From contig DASQHO010000062.1 of the NCBI GenBank assembly GCA_035632055.1, forward strand, positions 1,515-65,514: 64,000 nt of DNA, read 5' to 3'. Source of the stretch: Stellaceae bacterium (GTDB lineage Bacteria > Pseudomonadota > Alphaproteobacteria > ATCC43930 > CGMCC-115725). Positions 19,400-29,078 of the stretch are shown piece after piece. The notes under the pieces are model-generated. The model ran no database searches and had not been told where the DNA came from. It worked only from the letters and a program-made list of their open reading frames with translations. A program made the translations under genes and the position numbers. Positions within the stretch are counted from its first letter, which is position 1, and each line of letters starts with the position of its first letter.

Positions 19400-20680
19400 T
19401 CAGCGTACGCCGGTAACCGCGCGCCGGATCGCGCCAGTGAGCAACGACAGCTCGTCCGGCATAATCGTGAACGCCGGCGTCAGATAGACAACACAGCCGA
19501 ACGGCCGTATCCACGTCCCCTCGCTCACGAACCGATCGCGCAATGCTCTTGCTGCTTCCGGTGAATCAAGTTCGACAACGCCGATTGCACCTTTGACGCG
19601 AACATCCCGTACGCCGCGCGCGCCGCGGCACGGTGCAAGCTCCTCATCCATCTGCCGGCCGATTGCCGCGGCCTGCTCCAGCCGCGGCTCGCGTTCGAAC
19701 AAGTCGAGCGATGCATTCGCTGCGGCGCAGGCGAGCGCATTGCCCATGAAGGTTGGCCCGTGCATCAGCGCGTCCTGCGGATCGTCGGAAAGGAAACCCT
19801 CATACACACGTTTCCGGGCAACGGTCGCAGCCAGCGGCAGCGTGCCGCCGGTGAGCGCCTTCGATAACGTGACGATATCGGGCACAACGCCAGCTTCTTG
19901 TATGGCGAACAAGCGTCCAGTCCGGCCGAATCCAGTGAAGATCTCGTCGAAGATCAGCAGCAGGTCGTGACGATCAGCGAGCTGGCGCAGGCGCCGGAGA
20001 ACTTCGGCGCTATGGAACACCATGCCGCCGGCACCTTGCACGAGCGGCTCGACGACGATACCGGCGAGCTCGCTACGATGATCGGCGAGGAACCGGTCCA
20101 ACGTGCTCTCGCCGGCATCGTCGCGCGGCAATTCGCGTACGAAATGGCGGCGCGCCGCTGCGCCGAAGCGGCCATGCATACCGGTCCGGCCGTCGCTGAC
20201 CGCCATCGCCGCGAAGGTGTCGCCGTGATAGCCGTCGGCAAACGCGACAAAACGGTCGCGGCCGGCCTGCCCGCAGTTAAGATAGAACTGGATCGCCATC
20301 TTCAGCGCGATCTCGACCGCGACCGACCCTGAATCCGAAAAGAACACGTGGTTCAAGTCCCCCGGCAGCAGCGCCGCGAGGCGCTGTGCCAGCCGGACGG
20401 CGGGCTCGTGCACCAAGCCCGCCATCATCACGTGCGGCACGGTTTCGAGCTGGCGCGCGATCGCGTTGCGGATATGCGGATGGTTGTAGCCATGGCACGC
20501 TGTCCACCAGGAGGCGATACCGTCAATCAATACGCGGCCGTCGGCCAAATGGATCTTGCAGCCCTCGGTCCGCGCCACCGGCAACGGCGCCGGCGCGGTC
20601 CGCATCTGCGCATACGGCAGCCAGAGATGATCGAGACCGGCGAGCGGTGTGGATCGGACTGGCGTTCCGGCGCGGCTCAC
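19400..20680 (-). CDS. bioA: Adenosylmethionine-8-amino-7-oxononanoate aminotransferase
   Basis: Class III PLP aminotransferase, 426 aa. Its GTG start overlaps the bioB stop (GTGA). Confidence 0.9.
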   Translation of the reverse strand: MSRAGTPVRSTPLAGLDHLWLPYAQMRTAPAPLPVARTEGCKIHLADGRVLIDGIASWWTACHGYNHPHIRNAIARQLETVPHVMMAGLVHEPAVRLAQRLAALLPGDLNHVFFSDSGSVAVEIALKMAIQFYLNCGQAGRDRFVAFADGYHGDTFAAMAVSDGRTGMHGRFGAAARRHFVRELPRDDAGESTLDRFLADHRSELAGIVVEPLVQGAGGMVFHSAEVLRRLRQLADRHDLLLIFDEIFTGFGRTGRLFAIQEAGVVPDIVTLSKALTGGTLPLAATVARKRVYEGFLSDDPQDALMHGPTFMGNALACAAANASLDLFEREPRLEQAAAIGRQMDEELAPCRGARGVRDVRVKGAIGVVELDSPEAARALRDRFVSEGTWIRPFGCVVYLTPAFTIMPDELSLLTGAIRRAVTGVR

Positions 20681-21645
20681 GACGTCATCGGCGACAGGCC
20701 GAGGTGTTCCATCATCGCGCGGTCAAGATCGCGCGCCGGATTGGGGGTCGTCAGCAGCCGCGCGCCGCAGAAAATCGAATTCGCGCCAGCCATAAAGCAC
20801 AATGCCTGCAGCGACTCGCTCATGCCTTCGCGGCCGGCGGACAAGCGCACGACCGATTTCGGCATGCAAATTCGCGCGACCGCGATAGTGCGCACGAACT
20901 CGAGTTCGTCGAGCGGCTCGGCATCAGCCAGCGGCGTGCCAGCGACTTTCACCAGCATATTGATCGGCACGCTGTCGGGATGTTCTGGCAGAGTGGCGAG
21001 CGCCGTGATCAATCCGGCGCGGTCCTCACGGGTTTCGCCCATGCCAACGATGCCGCCGCAGCATACTTTCATTCCCGCGCTGCGAACTTGAGCAAGCGTA
21101 TCGAGCCGGTCCTGATATTGCCGCGTACTGATGATGGCGCCGTAGAAATCGGGCGCGGTGTCGAGATTGTGGTTGTAGTAATCGAGACCGGCTGCCTGGA
21201 GGCGCTGCGCCTGTCCGCCAGTCAGCATGCCGAGCGTCGCGCAGGTTTCAAGTCCCAGCGCCTTGACGCCCGCGATCATCGTACACACTGCGTCGAGATC
21301 GCGATCCTTGGGCTCGCGCCACGCTGCGCCCATGCAGAACCTCTGCGCGCCTTGCGCCTTTGCGGCGCGCGCCTCGGCCAAAACCGCCCCGACATCCATC
21401 AGCTTCGCGGCGTCAACGCCGGTGTCGTAATGCGCACTCTGTGGACAATAAGCGCAATCCTCAGGACAGCCACCAGTCTTGATCGACAGCAGGGTCGAAA
21501 GCTGGACTTCGTTGGGTGCGAAATAGCGGCGATGTAGCGTCTGCGCGCGGTAAACGAGGTCGCCGAACGGCAGATCGTAGAGCGCAGCGATCTCGCCGCG
21601 CTTCCAATCGTTCCGGATGTCTCGCGTCTCGGCGTCCTTCGGCAT
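20677..21645 (-). CDS. bioB: Biotin synthase
   Basis: Radical-SAM motif [11 protein letters not shown]; 322 aa. Confidence 0.95.
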   Translation of the reverse strand: MPKDAETRDIRNDWKRGEIAALYDLPFGDLVYRAQTLHRRYFAPNEVQLSTLLSIKTGGCPEDCAYCPQSAHYDTGVDAAKLMDVGAVLAEARAAKAQGAQRFCMGAAWREPKDRDLDAVCTMIAGVKALGLETCATLGMLTGGQAQRLQAAGLDYYNHNLDTAPDFYGAIISTRQYQDRLDTLAQVRSAGMKVCCGGIVGMGETREDRAGLITALATLPEHPDSVPINMLVKVAGTPLADAEPLDELEFVRTIAVARICMPKSVVRLSAGREGMSESLQALCFMAGANSIFCGARLLTTPNPARDLDRAMMEHLGLSPMTS

Positions 21646-21721
21646 TGCCGCTCCTTCCGGTCTTGCTTTCGTGCGATGCCGGGTTAAGGCTACAAGGACC
21701 CAGCGTCAAGCGAAAGCTCCC

Positions 21722-22873
21722 GTGACCGCGCTCGATCCGTTCGCCGCCCAGAAACTTCGTGACCTCGAGGCGCGGCAATTGCGCCGCAGCCTGATCGACA
21801 CGGCGCGCACCGATGGCATCCATGTGGTGCGCGGCGAACGGCGTCTGGTGTCGTTTTCTTGCAACGACTACCTCAACCTGTCGCATCATCCGCAGGTGAA
21901 GGCGGCGGCGATTGCTGCGCTCGAACAGTACGGCACCGGTGCGGGCGCCTCGCGCCTGGTCACTGGCAATCATCCGCTCTTCGCCGAACTTGAGTCGCGG
22001 CTCGCGCGGCTCAAGGGCGCCGAAGCTGGCTGCACATTCGGCTCGGGCTATCTCGCCAATGCCGGGATCGTTCCGGCGCTCGTCAGCCGCGACGATCTCG
22101 TGCTCGTCGACGAGCTGGCGCATGCCTGCCTGTGGGCTGGCGCGCGGCTAGCACGGGCCAACGTTCTGGCCTATCGCCACAACGACCTGGAGCACGCTGC
22201 CGCTCTGCTTGCCGAATTCCGGCCGCGGCATGCCAACACATTGATCGCGACTGACGGCGTGTTCTCGATGGACGGCGATCTGGCGCCGTTGCCGGCACTG
22301 GCCGCGTTGGCTGCGCGGCACGACGCGTGGCTGATGGTCGACGACGCGCACGGCCTTGGCGTTGTCGGCGGCGGTCGCGGCGCGCGTTTTGCGCACACCG
22401 AGCTGCCCGAAATCCCCTTGCAGATGGGCACGCTATCCAAGGCGGTCGGTGGTTATGGCGGTTATCTGTGCGCATCGCGCGCGGTGATCGACCTGGTCAC
22501 GAATCGTGCGCGCAGCTTCGTCTATTCGACCGGTTTGCCGCCAGCGACGGTGGCCGCCGCAAGCGCCGCGCTCGACATCATCGCCAGCGATGCCGACCTC
22601 GTGGCCCGACCGATGCGCAACGCGCGGCGCTTCACCCGCGTCGCCGGCTTGCCCGAAGCGCAGAGCGCCATCGTGCCCGTGGTCTTGGGCACGGCAGAGC
22701 GCGCCCTGGCCGCGTCGCGTTGCCTTGAAGATGAAGGATTTCTCGCCGTCGCCATTCGGCCGCCGACCGTGCCCGAAGGCACGGCACGGTTGCGCTTCGC
22801 CTTCACCGCCGGACATGAAGACGCCGATATCGACCGTCTGGCGGGGTTGGTCCGCGAACGCGTGCTGGCGTGA
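21722..22873 (+). CDS. bioF: 8-amino-7-oxononanoate synthase
   Basis: PLP-lysine region GTLSKAVGGYGGY. The start is uncertain: I chose the GTG at 21722, while the ORF track's ATG at 21617 would overlap bioB. Confidence 0.88.
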   Translation: MTALDPFAAQKLRDLEARQLRRSLIDTARTDGIHVVRGERRLVSFSCNDYLNLSHHPQVKAAAIAALEQYGTGAGASRLVTGNHPLFAELESRLARLKGAEAGCTFGSGYLANAGIVPALVSRDDLVLVDELAHACLWAGARLARANVLAYRHNDLEHAAALLAEFRPRHANTLIATDGVFSMDGDLAPLPALAALAARHDAWLMVDDAHGLGVVGGGRGARFAHTELPEIPLQMGTLSKAVGGYGGYLCASRAVIDLVTNRARSFVYSTGLPPATVAAASAALDIIASDADLVARPMRNARRFTRVAGLPEAQSAIVPVVLGTAERALAASRCLEDEGFLAVAIRPPTVPEGTARLRFAFTAGHEDADIDRLAGLVRERVLA

Positions 22874-23586
22874 GCGCGATTTTCATCACCGGCGCCGGTA
22901 CCAATGTCGGCAAGACCTTCGTCGGCTGCGGGCTTATCGCCGAGGTGCGTCGCCGAGGTTTCACCGTCAGGGCGTTCAAGCCGCTGGCCAGCGGCTTCGA
23001 TCCGGCACATCCGGAGACGAGCGATCCGGGCGCGCTACTGACAGCGCTCGGCGAGCCGGCATCATCGGCCAATCTCGACCGCATCACGCCGTTCCGGTAT
23101 CGCGCGCCGCTGGCGCCCAACATGGCGGCGGCAGCCGAAGGACGCAGCGTCGATTTCGAGGCCGTCGTTGCCTTCTCGCGGCGGGCTATGGCGACCACCG
23201 ACATGGTCGTCATCGAAGGCGTCGGCGGCGTGATGTCGCCGATTACCGAGCGCCACACTGTCCTCGATTGGATCGCCGCGCTCGGCATTCCAACGCTGCT
23301 CGTCACTGGCACCTATCTCGGTGCGCAGACCCATGCTCTGACCGCGTTTGCTGCGTTACAACGTCGCAGCGTCACCGTTCACGCCGTGGTTGCAAGCGAA
23401 ACGCTCGGCTCAACCGTCGACCTAAGCGATGGCAGCCGCTCTCTTGCGCGTTTTACGGCACCGGTGCCGGTCGTGACCGTTCCGCATCTGCCGCCCGGTG
23501 CGCCGCATGCCGCCTTCGCCACGCTCGCCGACCTCTTTTGCCGTGCTGCACCGCATGTTAGATCAGGGCCGGGGAGACAAGAAAAG
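22870..23586 (+). CDS. bioD: Dethiobiotin synthase domain; no stop codon before the next domain
   Basis: P-loop GAGTNVGKT. The GTG start overlaps the bioF stop (GTGA). The BioD-like sequence ends near aa 225, yet the frame stays open into the 23587 ORF. Confidence 0.85.
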
Positions 23587-24510
23587 ATGCGCGTGGTCAT
23601 TGTTGGTCAACAGGCCTTCGGCAAGGCCGTGCTCGATGCTTTTACCGGTCGTGGCGACCAGGTCGTCGCGGTGTTCAGTCCACCGGAACAGCCGGGTGGC
23701 AAGACCGATCCGCTCCGCGCAGCGGCAATCGAGCAGAAGATTCCGGTGCATCAGTTCAAGGATTATGGCTCGGCCGAAGCCCTCGACACGTTGCGGAATC
23801 TCAACGCCGATATCGGTCTGCTTGCTTTCGTCACGCAATTTCTGCCACAGCCATTCGTCAGTCTGCCGAAGCATGGCATGCTGCTGTTCCATCCATCGCT
23901 GCTGCCGCTGCATCGCGGACCGTCGGCGATCAGCTGGTCCGTGATCAACGGCGAGAAGCGCACCGGCCTGACGATCCTGCGTCCGTCTGACGGTCTCGAC
24001 GAAGGGGCGATCATCCTGCAGCGCGAAGTCGAAATCGGGCCCGACGACACCGTCGGTACGCTCTATTTCGACAAGATCTTCCACATGGGCGTCGCGGCGA
24101 TGATCGAAGCGGCGCAGGCGGTGGCCGACGGCCGCGCGCACGAATCGCCACAGGACGAAAGCCTCGCCACCTACGAAGGCTGGGTGCGCGAGCGTGAATC
24201 GCAGGTCAATTGGTCGAGCTCGATCGACCGCATCTACGATCTGATCCGTGGCTGCGATCCATCGCCTGGCGCGTGGACCAAATATCGCGGCCAGAAGCTT
24301 TGGTTGTTCGACGCGCGCAAGCGGCCAGCGGCGACCTTCGGCGCGGTGCGCGGCCTCAAGGCGGGCCAGATCGTAGCGTCCACGCCCGAGGGCTTCAGCA
24401 TCTACGCCCAGGGCGGCTTCGTCGAGATCAAGCGCTGCCGTCTAGGCGACGGCAAGAAAGTCGCGGCTGGCGAAGCCGGCATCGAAGCAGGTGCCATCCT
24501 CGGCGAGTGA
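23587..24510 (+). CDS. Formyltransferase-family (Fmt-like, N- plus C-terminal domains) protein, in frame with bioD
   Basis: MRVVIVGQQAFGK..., with HPSLLPLHRG and GLDEG motifs and a C-terminal Fmt-type domain. It has its own ATG preceded by GGGGAG-N10. Confidence 0.75.
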   Translation: MRVVIVGQQAFGKAVLDAFTGRGDQVVAVFSPPEQPGGKTDPLRAAAIEQKIPVHQFKDYGSAEALDTLRNLNADIGLLAFVTQFLPQPFVSLPKHGMLLFHPSLLPLHRGPSAISWSVINGEKRTGLTILRPSDGLDEGAIILQREVEIGPDDTVGTLYFDKIFHMGVAAMIEAAQAVADGRAHESPQDESLATYEGWVRERESQVNWSSSIDRIYDLIRGCDPSPGAWTKYRGQKLWLFDARKRPAATFGAVRGLKAGQIVASTPEGFSIYAQGGFVEIKRCRLGDGKKVAAGEAGIEAGAILGE

Positions 24511-24548
24511 CGCTCGCGCCGCTACCGGGCGCTTGCTAGACTTACGGC

Positions 24549-25787
24549 ATGCCAAATGGCTTGGACCTTGCCTGGCCCAACGAGGGCGTCACCCGCGTCC
24601 CGTATCAGCTCTATACGCGCGACGACGTCTATGCCGAGGAACGCACCCGCTTGTTCATGGGTGCGACATGGAATTATCTCTGCCTCGAGGCCGAGATTCC
24701 GAAGCCCCATGACTGGCGCACGACATTTGTGGGCGACGTACCGGTGGTGGTTGCACGGGACGGCGACGGCATCATCACTGCCTTCGAGAACCGCTGCGCC
24801 CATCGCGGCGCACTGATCTGCCACAAGCAGGCGGGCAATGCGGCGCGGTTGAGCTGCGTCTATCACGGCTGGACCTACGACCTCAAAGGCAACCTCGCCG
24901 CCGTAACCTTCCAACGCGGCATCAACGGCAAAGGCGGCATGCCGGCCGATTTCAAGCTTGCCGACCATAAGCGCCGTGGGCTGCGCATCGCGACCCATGC
25001 CGGTTTGGTCTTTGGAACTTTTTCTGGCGCGACGCCGCCCTTAGGCGATTTTTTGGGACCGGAGATCACCGCGCGCCTGACGCGCGTACTGCCCCCCGTT
25101 AAGACGATCGAGATTCTCGGCTACAGCAGCCAAATTCTCCCGAGCAACTGGAAGCTCTATGCCGAGAACGTCAAGGACCCGTACCACGCGAGCTTGCTGC
25201 ACCTGTTCTTCACCACGTTCCGGCTCAACCGCCTGTCGGCTGAAGGCGGCATCATCATCGACGACGCCGGTGCCAACCATGTGAGCTATTCCAAGGCGGC
25301 GACAGACCGTGGCAGTGCCGATTACGACAAGGCCGATCTGCGTGTCAAAAGCGACCGCTTCCGCCTCAACGATCCGTCGATCATCCAGGGCCGCGACGAA
25401 TTCGGCGACGGCATCACGCTGCAGATCCTGGCGCTGTTCCCCTGCTTCATCTCGCAGCAAATCCAGAACAGCCTATGCGTCCGCCAGCTCGTGCCGCGCG
25501 GCCGCACCGAAACCGAACTGCTATGGACCTATTACGGTTTTGCCGACGACGATGCCGAATTGCGCGAATTGCGGCTCAAGCAGGCGAACCTGGTCGGTCC
25601 CGGCGGCTACATCTCGATGGAGGACGGCGCCGTCGGCGGCTTCGTCCAGCGCGGCATCGCCGGCGCCGACCGCGACAGCGAAATCGTCGAAATGGGTGGC
25701 CGCGAATGGCGCTCGCAGGAAACTCGCGCAACGGAATCGCCGCTACGCGGCTTCTGGAACACCTACCGCGAGCACATGCAACTCTGA
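24549..25787 (+). CDS. Rieske [2Fe-2S] aromatic-ring-hydroxylating oxygenase, alpha subunit
   Basis: Rieske motif CAHRGALICH...CVYHGWTY and mononuclear iron motif ENVKDPYHASLLH. Confidence 0.88.
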   Translation: MPNGLDLAWPNEGVTRVPYQLYTRDDVYAEERTRLFMGATWNYLCLEAEIPKPHDWRTTFVGDVPVVVARDGDGIITAFENRCAHRGALICHKQAGNAARLSCVYHGWTYDLKGNLAAVTFQRGINGKGGMPADFKLADHKRRGLRIATHAGLVFGTFSGATPPLGDFLGPEITARLTRVLPPVKTIEILGYSSQILPSNWKLYAENVKDPYHASLLHLFFTTFRLNRLSAEGGIIIDDAGANHVSYSKAATDRGSADYDKADLRVKSDRFRLNDPSIIQGRDEFGDGITLQILALFPCFISQQIQNSLCVRQLVPRGRTETELLWTYYGFADDDAELRELRLKQANLVGPGGYISMEDGAVGGFVQRGIAGADRDSEIVEMGGREWRSQETRATESPLRGFWNTYREHMQL

Positions 25788-25792
25788 GCCGC

Positions 25793-26266
25793 ATGGACGA
25801 GATTGCGACCCACTTCGCCGTCGAGCGGCTGCTGGCGCGTTACGTCGCCTGCATCGACGACGACCGGCTCGAGGAATGGCCCGCGTTCTTTGCCGAGCGG
25901 TGTCGTTATCAGATCATTTCCAGCGAGAATTACAGCCGTAATCTGCCGATCGGCGTCTTCGTCGCCACTTCGCAAGGCATGCTCAAGGACCGCGTCGCGG
26001 CGCTGCGCGAGGCCAACATCTATGAAGCGCAGCGGTACCGGCATCTCGTCTCGTCGATCCTGATCCTCGAGAATCACAAGGGCACCGTGCGGGCACAATC
26101 GAACTATCACGTCGTCCGCATCATGCAGGACGGCGCGACCGCCTTGTTCAGCACCGGCCGTTATCTCGACCGCATCAATTTTAACGGTGCGATTCCGGTC
26201 TTCGAAGAGAAGATCGTCGTCTGTGACAGCCGCCGCATCGACACGCTGTTGGCTATCCCGCTGTGA
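25793..26266 (+). CDS. Ring-hydroxylating oxygenase beta subunit (NTF2-like fold)
   Basis: 157 aa starting at MDEIATHFAVERLLARYVACIDDDRLEEW, 5 nt after the alpha subunit stop. Confidence 0.8.
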   Translation: MDEIATHFAVERLLARYVACIDDDRLEEWPAFFAERCRYQIISSENYSRNLPIGVFVATSQGMLKDRVAALREANIYEAQRYRHLVSSILILENHKGTVRAQSNYHVVRIMQDGATALFSTGRYLDRINFNGAIPVFEEKIVVCDSRRIDTLLAIPL

Positions 26267-26294
26267 CCACGCACCCAATGCGAGGGGACGATTC

Positions 26295-27482
26295 ATGACC
26301 CTGCACAAAATCATTTGGCGCGCGGCATTGACCGTCGTGCTGGCGCTGTTGCCGCTGGCGAGCGCCGCGGCTGACGGGGCGGCGCCGGTTAACGAGATCA
26401 AAATCGGCCTTCTCGCGCCGTTCTCCGGCCCGTTCGCCGATTTCGGCGATCAGTTCACCAAGGGCATCGAACTTTACATGCAGGAACACGGCGACGCCGT
26501 CGCCGGAAAGAAGATCGCCATCCTGAAACGCGACGCCAACGGCATCGATCCGGCGCAGACCAAGCGTCAGGCGCAGGAGTTGCTGACGCGCGAACACGTT
26601 CAATTCCTTGCCGGCTTCGGCCTGACGCCCGACGCGCTGGCCGTAGCGCCGCTCGGCACCGACGCCAGGGTGCCGATGGTGATCATGAACGCGGCCACCG
26701 GCTTCATCACAGCGAAGTCGCCCAATTTTGTGCGCTTCTCCTTCACGCTGGCGCAGATCGTCACGCCGCTGGCGGATTGGGCGGTAAAGAACGGCATCAA
26801 GAACGTCTATGTCGCGGTGTCGGACTATGCGCCCGGCTACGAGGCCGAAAAGGCGTTCGACGCGGCATTCACCGCCGCCGGCGGCCATGTGGTCGGCTCG
26901 GTCCATATTCCGCTGCGCAATCCCGAGTTCGCGCCCTATGTCCAGCACATCAAGGACGCCAAACCGCAGGCGGTGTTCCTGTTCCTGCCGAGCGGCCAGC
27001 AACCAACCAACTTCGTGCGCGAGTTCATCCAGTTCGGCCTGCGCAAGGCCGGCATCAAGCTCCTTGGCGGCAGCGAGATCATCGACGACACCGCGCTCGG
27101 GATGCTCGGCAACGACGCGCTCGGCGTGATCTCGACCCAGGTCTATTCCTACGCCCACCCGAGCGCGCTCAATCGCAAATTCGTCGCCGATTGGACCAAG
27201 CGCTTCGGCGCCCATCCGCAGCCCGATTTCATGTCTGTTGCCGCCTATGACGGCATGGCGGCGATCTATCAAGTGATCGAGCGCCTGAATGGTGACATCG
27301 ACGGCGACAAGGCGATGGAGGCGTTCAGGACGCTCAAATTCGAAAGCCCGCGCGGACCGATCGAAGTCGATCCGACCAACCGCGAGATGATCGAGAACGT
27401 CTACATCCGCCGTGTTGAGCGGGTAAACGGCGAATTTGTGAACAAGGAGATTGTCACCTTCCCAGCCGTGAAGGCGCCCTAA
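26295..27482 (+). CDS. LivK-type (branched-chain amino acid / aromatic acid class) periplasmic substrate-binding protein with no cognate permease or ATPase
   Basis: Signal peptide MTLHKIIWRAALTVVLALLPLASAAA followed by IKIGLLAPFSGPFADFG. Confidence 0.75.
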   Translation: MTLHKIIWRAALTVVLALLPLASAAADGAAPVNEIKIGLLAPFSGPFADFGDQFTKGIELYMQEHGDAVAGKKIAILKRDANGIDPAQTKRQAQELLTREHVQFLAGFGLTPDALAVAPLGTDARVPMVIMNAATGFITAKSPNFVRFSFTLAQIVTPLADWAVKNGIKNVYVAVSDYAPGYEAEKAFDAAFTAAGGHVVGSVHIPLRNPEFAPYVQHIKDAKPQAVFLFLPSGQQPTNFVREFIQFGLRKAGIKLLGGSEIIDDTALGMLGNDALGVISTQVYSYAHPSALNRKFVADWTKRFGAHPQPDFMSVAAYDGMAAIYQVIERLNGDIDGDKAMEAFRTLKFESPRGPIEVDPTNREMIENVYIRRVERVNGEFVNKEIVTFPAVKAP

Positions 27483-27489
27483 TCGCGGC

Positions 27490-28281
27490 CTATGCCGTCT
27501 GCGTCTCCTGGTGCCAGACCAACAGCCGGCGGCGGACGATCTCCATCGCCTTAACCAGGACCATGCCGACGATGGCGATGGCAATGATGTAGGCGAAGAC
27601 GCCGGGCGAATCTGCGAAGCGCATGTCGGTCATGATCGAACCGCCCATACCCTCGCCGCCCATCTGCATCTCGCAGACGATGTCGACAATGAGCGCGATC
27701 GGCAGTGCGACCTGAAGCCCGGTGAAAACCTGCGGCAGCGCCGCGGGGAGCGCGATCTCCCACAGGAACCGGTGGCGGTCGACGCCCAGACTCATCGCCG
27801 ACCAGGTCATGTACTTGTCGATGTTTTGCGTGCCGGCCCAGGCCTCGACGATCACCGGGAAAATCGACGAGAACGCCACCATCAGCACCTTCGACGTGTC
27901 GAACACGCCAAACCACAGCATGAAGATCGGCAGGAAGGCGATCTTGGGCATCGGTAGTCCCACCGAGACCAACGGATCGAAGAACCAGCGCACCAACTGA
28001 ATGCGTGCGATCGACACACCGAGCGCGATGCCGCCGACCGCCGCCAGCACAAAACCGACGAAGGTACGGATCAGCGTCAACACGATGCCGTAGAGCAGGT
28101 CGCCCGAAATCAGATCGTGCCACAGCCGCTCGAACACCACCGGCACAGACGGCAGCAGGAAGTCGGAGAACACATGCGACATGGCGGTGAGCTGCCAGGC
28201 GGCAAAGAACGCGATGCCCGAGGCCACGCGCAACGCGGTGAGATAGGCCTCGCGGCTGCCGGGCTCGCTTACTCCCGCCAT
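27490..28281 (-). CDS. ABC transporter permease (NitT/TauT family)
   Basis: 263 aa, 6 TM helices, overlapping the upstream permease by 13 nt. Confidence 0.75.
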   Translation of the reverse strand: MAGVSEPGSREAYLTALRVASGIAFFAAWQLTAMSHVFSDFLLPSVPVVFERLWHDLISGDLLYGIVLTLIRTFVGFVLAAVGGIALGVSIARIQLVRWFFDPLVSVGLPMPKIAFLPIFMLWFGVFDTSKVLMVAFSSIFPVIVEAWAGTQNIDKYMTWSAMSLGVDRHRFLWEIALPAALPQVFTGLQVALPIALIVDIVCEMQMGGEGMGGSIMTDMRFADSPGVFAYIIAIAIVGMVLVKAMEIVRRRLLVWHQETQTA

Positions 28282-29078
28282 CGGAGCATCCGCTGCATGA
28301 ACAGAAGATAGACTCGATCGGCGAAGAAGCCGAAGGCGGAGACGGTCAGCACTCCGGCGAACATCGCGTCGTACACGCCGCCGTCGCCGAGGAACGAGAT
28401 CAGGTAACCCAATCCGTGCTGGCCAACGAGAAACTCAGCTGCGACCATCAAGATGAACGAGATTGCGAGCGCATTGCGGATGCCGGCCATGATCTCGGGC
28501 AAGGCCGACGGAATCACCACTTCCCACAGCACGCGCCGCCGCGACGCGCCGAGGCCGAGTGCCGACCAGATCAGCGTGTGGTCGACGCCGCGCGCGCCGT
28601 TGTACGAGCTCAGTACCACCGGCAGCAGGCAGCCAGCGAAGATCGAGGCGATCTTCGAGCTTGGGCCGAGGCCGAACCACAGGATCATTACCGGGATCAG
28701 CGCCGATTTCGGCATCGGATAGAGACTCTTCATCAGCGGACTGACGATCGCCTCGACCGGTGCGTACCACGCCATCAGCACGCCGGAGCCGACGCCAACA
28801 ACGATGCTAAGGCCGAGGCCAGCGACGACCTCCCACAACGAGGTGAGTCCGTTGCTAACGAGGCTGCCGTCGATCAGCAGGCCCCACCAGGCGGTGACAA
28901 CCGAGCTCAGCGGTGGCAGAGCGTCGGGATTAATCAGGCCGACCGTGGGCGCGATCTGCCAGGCGATGCAAACCAGAATAACCGGAAATGCGCGCAGGAG
29001 TGCGCCGGTGAGACGTGCGATGAGCGGCCGCGCGGCCGCGTGTCTTGTATCGGCTTCAATCGCGGCCGCGCCGCTCAT
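28269..29078 (-). CDS. ABC transporter permease (NitT/TauT family)
   Basis: Start chosen at MSGAAAIEAD, whose ATG overlaps the ATPase stop (ATGA). Confidence 0.75.
   Translation of the reverse strand: MSGAAAIEADTRHAAARPLIARLTGALLRAFPVILVCIAWQIAPTVGLINPDALPPLSSVVTAWWGLLIDGSLVSNGLTSLWEVVAGLGLSIVVGVGSGVLMAWYAPVEAIVSPLMKSLYPMPKSALIPVMILWFGLGPSSKIASIFAGCLLPVVLSSYNGARGVDHTLIWSALGLGASRRRVLWEVVIPSALPEIMAGIRNALAISFILMVAAEFLVGQHGLGYLISFLGDGGVYDAMFAGVLTVSAFGFFADRVYLLFMQRMLRWRE

Noticed and set aside
21646-21721. Looked for a BioR box (TTATMKATAA) or a BirA operator in the bioB/bioF divergent region
   Set aside because: No such sequence is present. Only a 7-bp inverted repeat GCTTTCG...CGAAAGC, 39 nt apart, was seen. 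BirA here lacks a DNA-binding domain, so regulation must use another factor that I cannot identify from this window.
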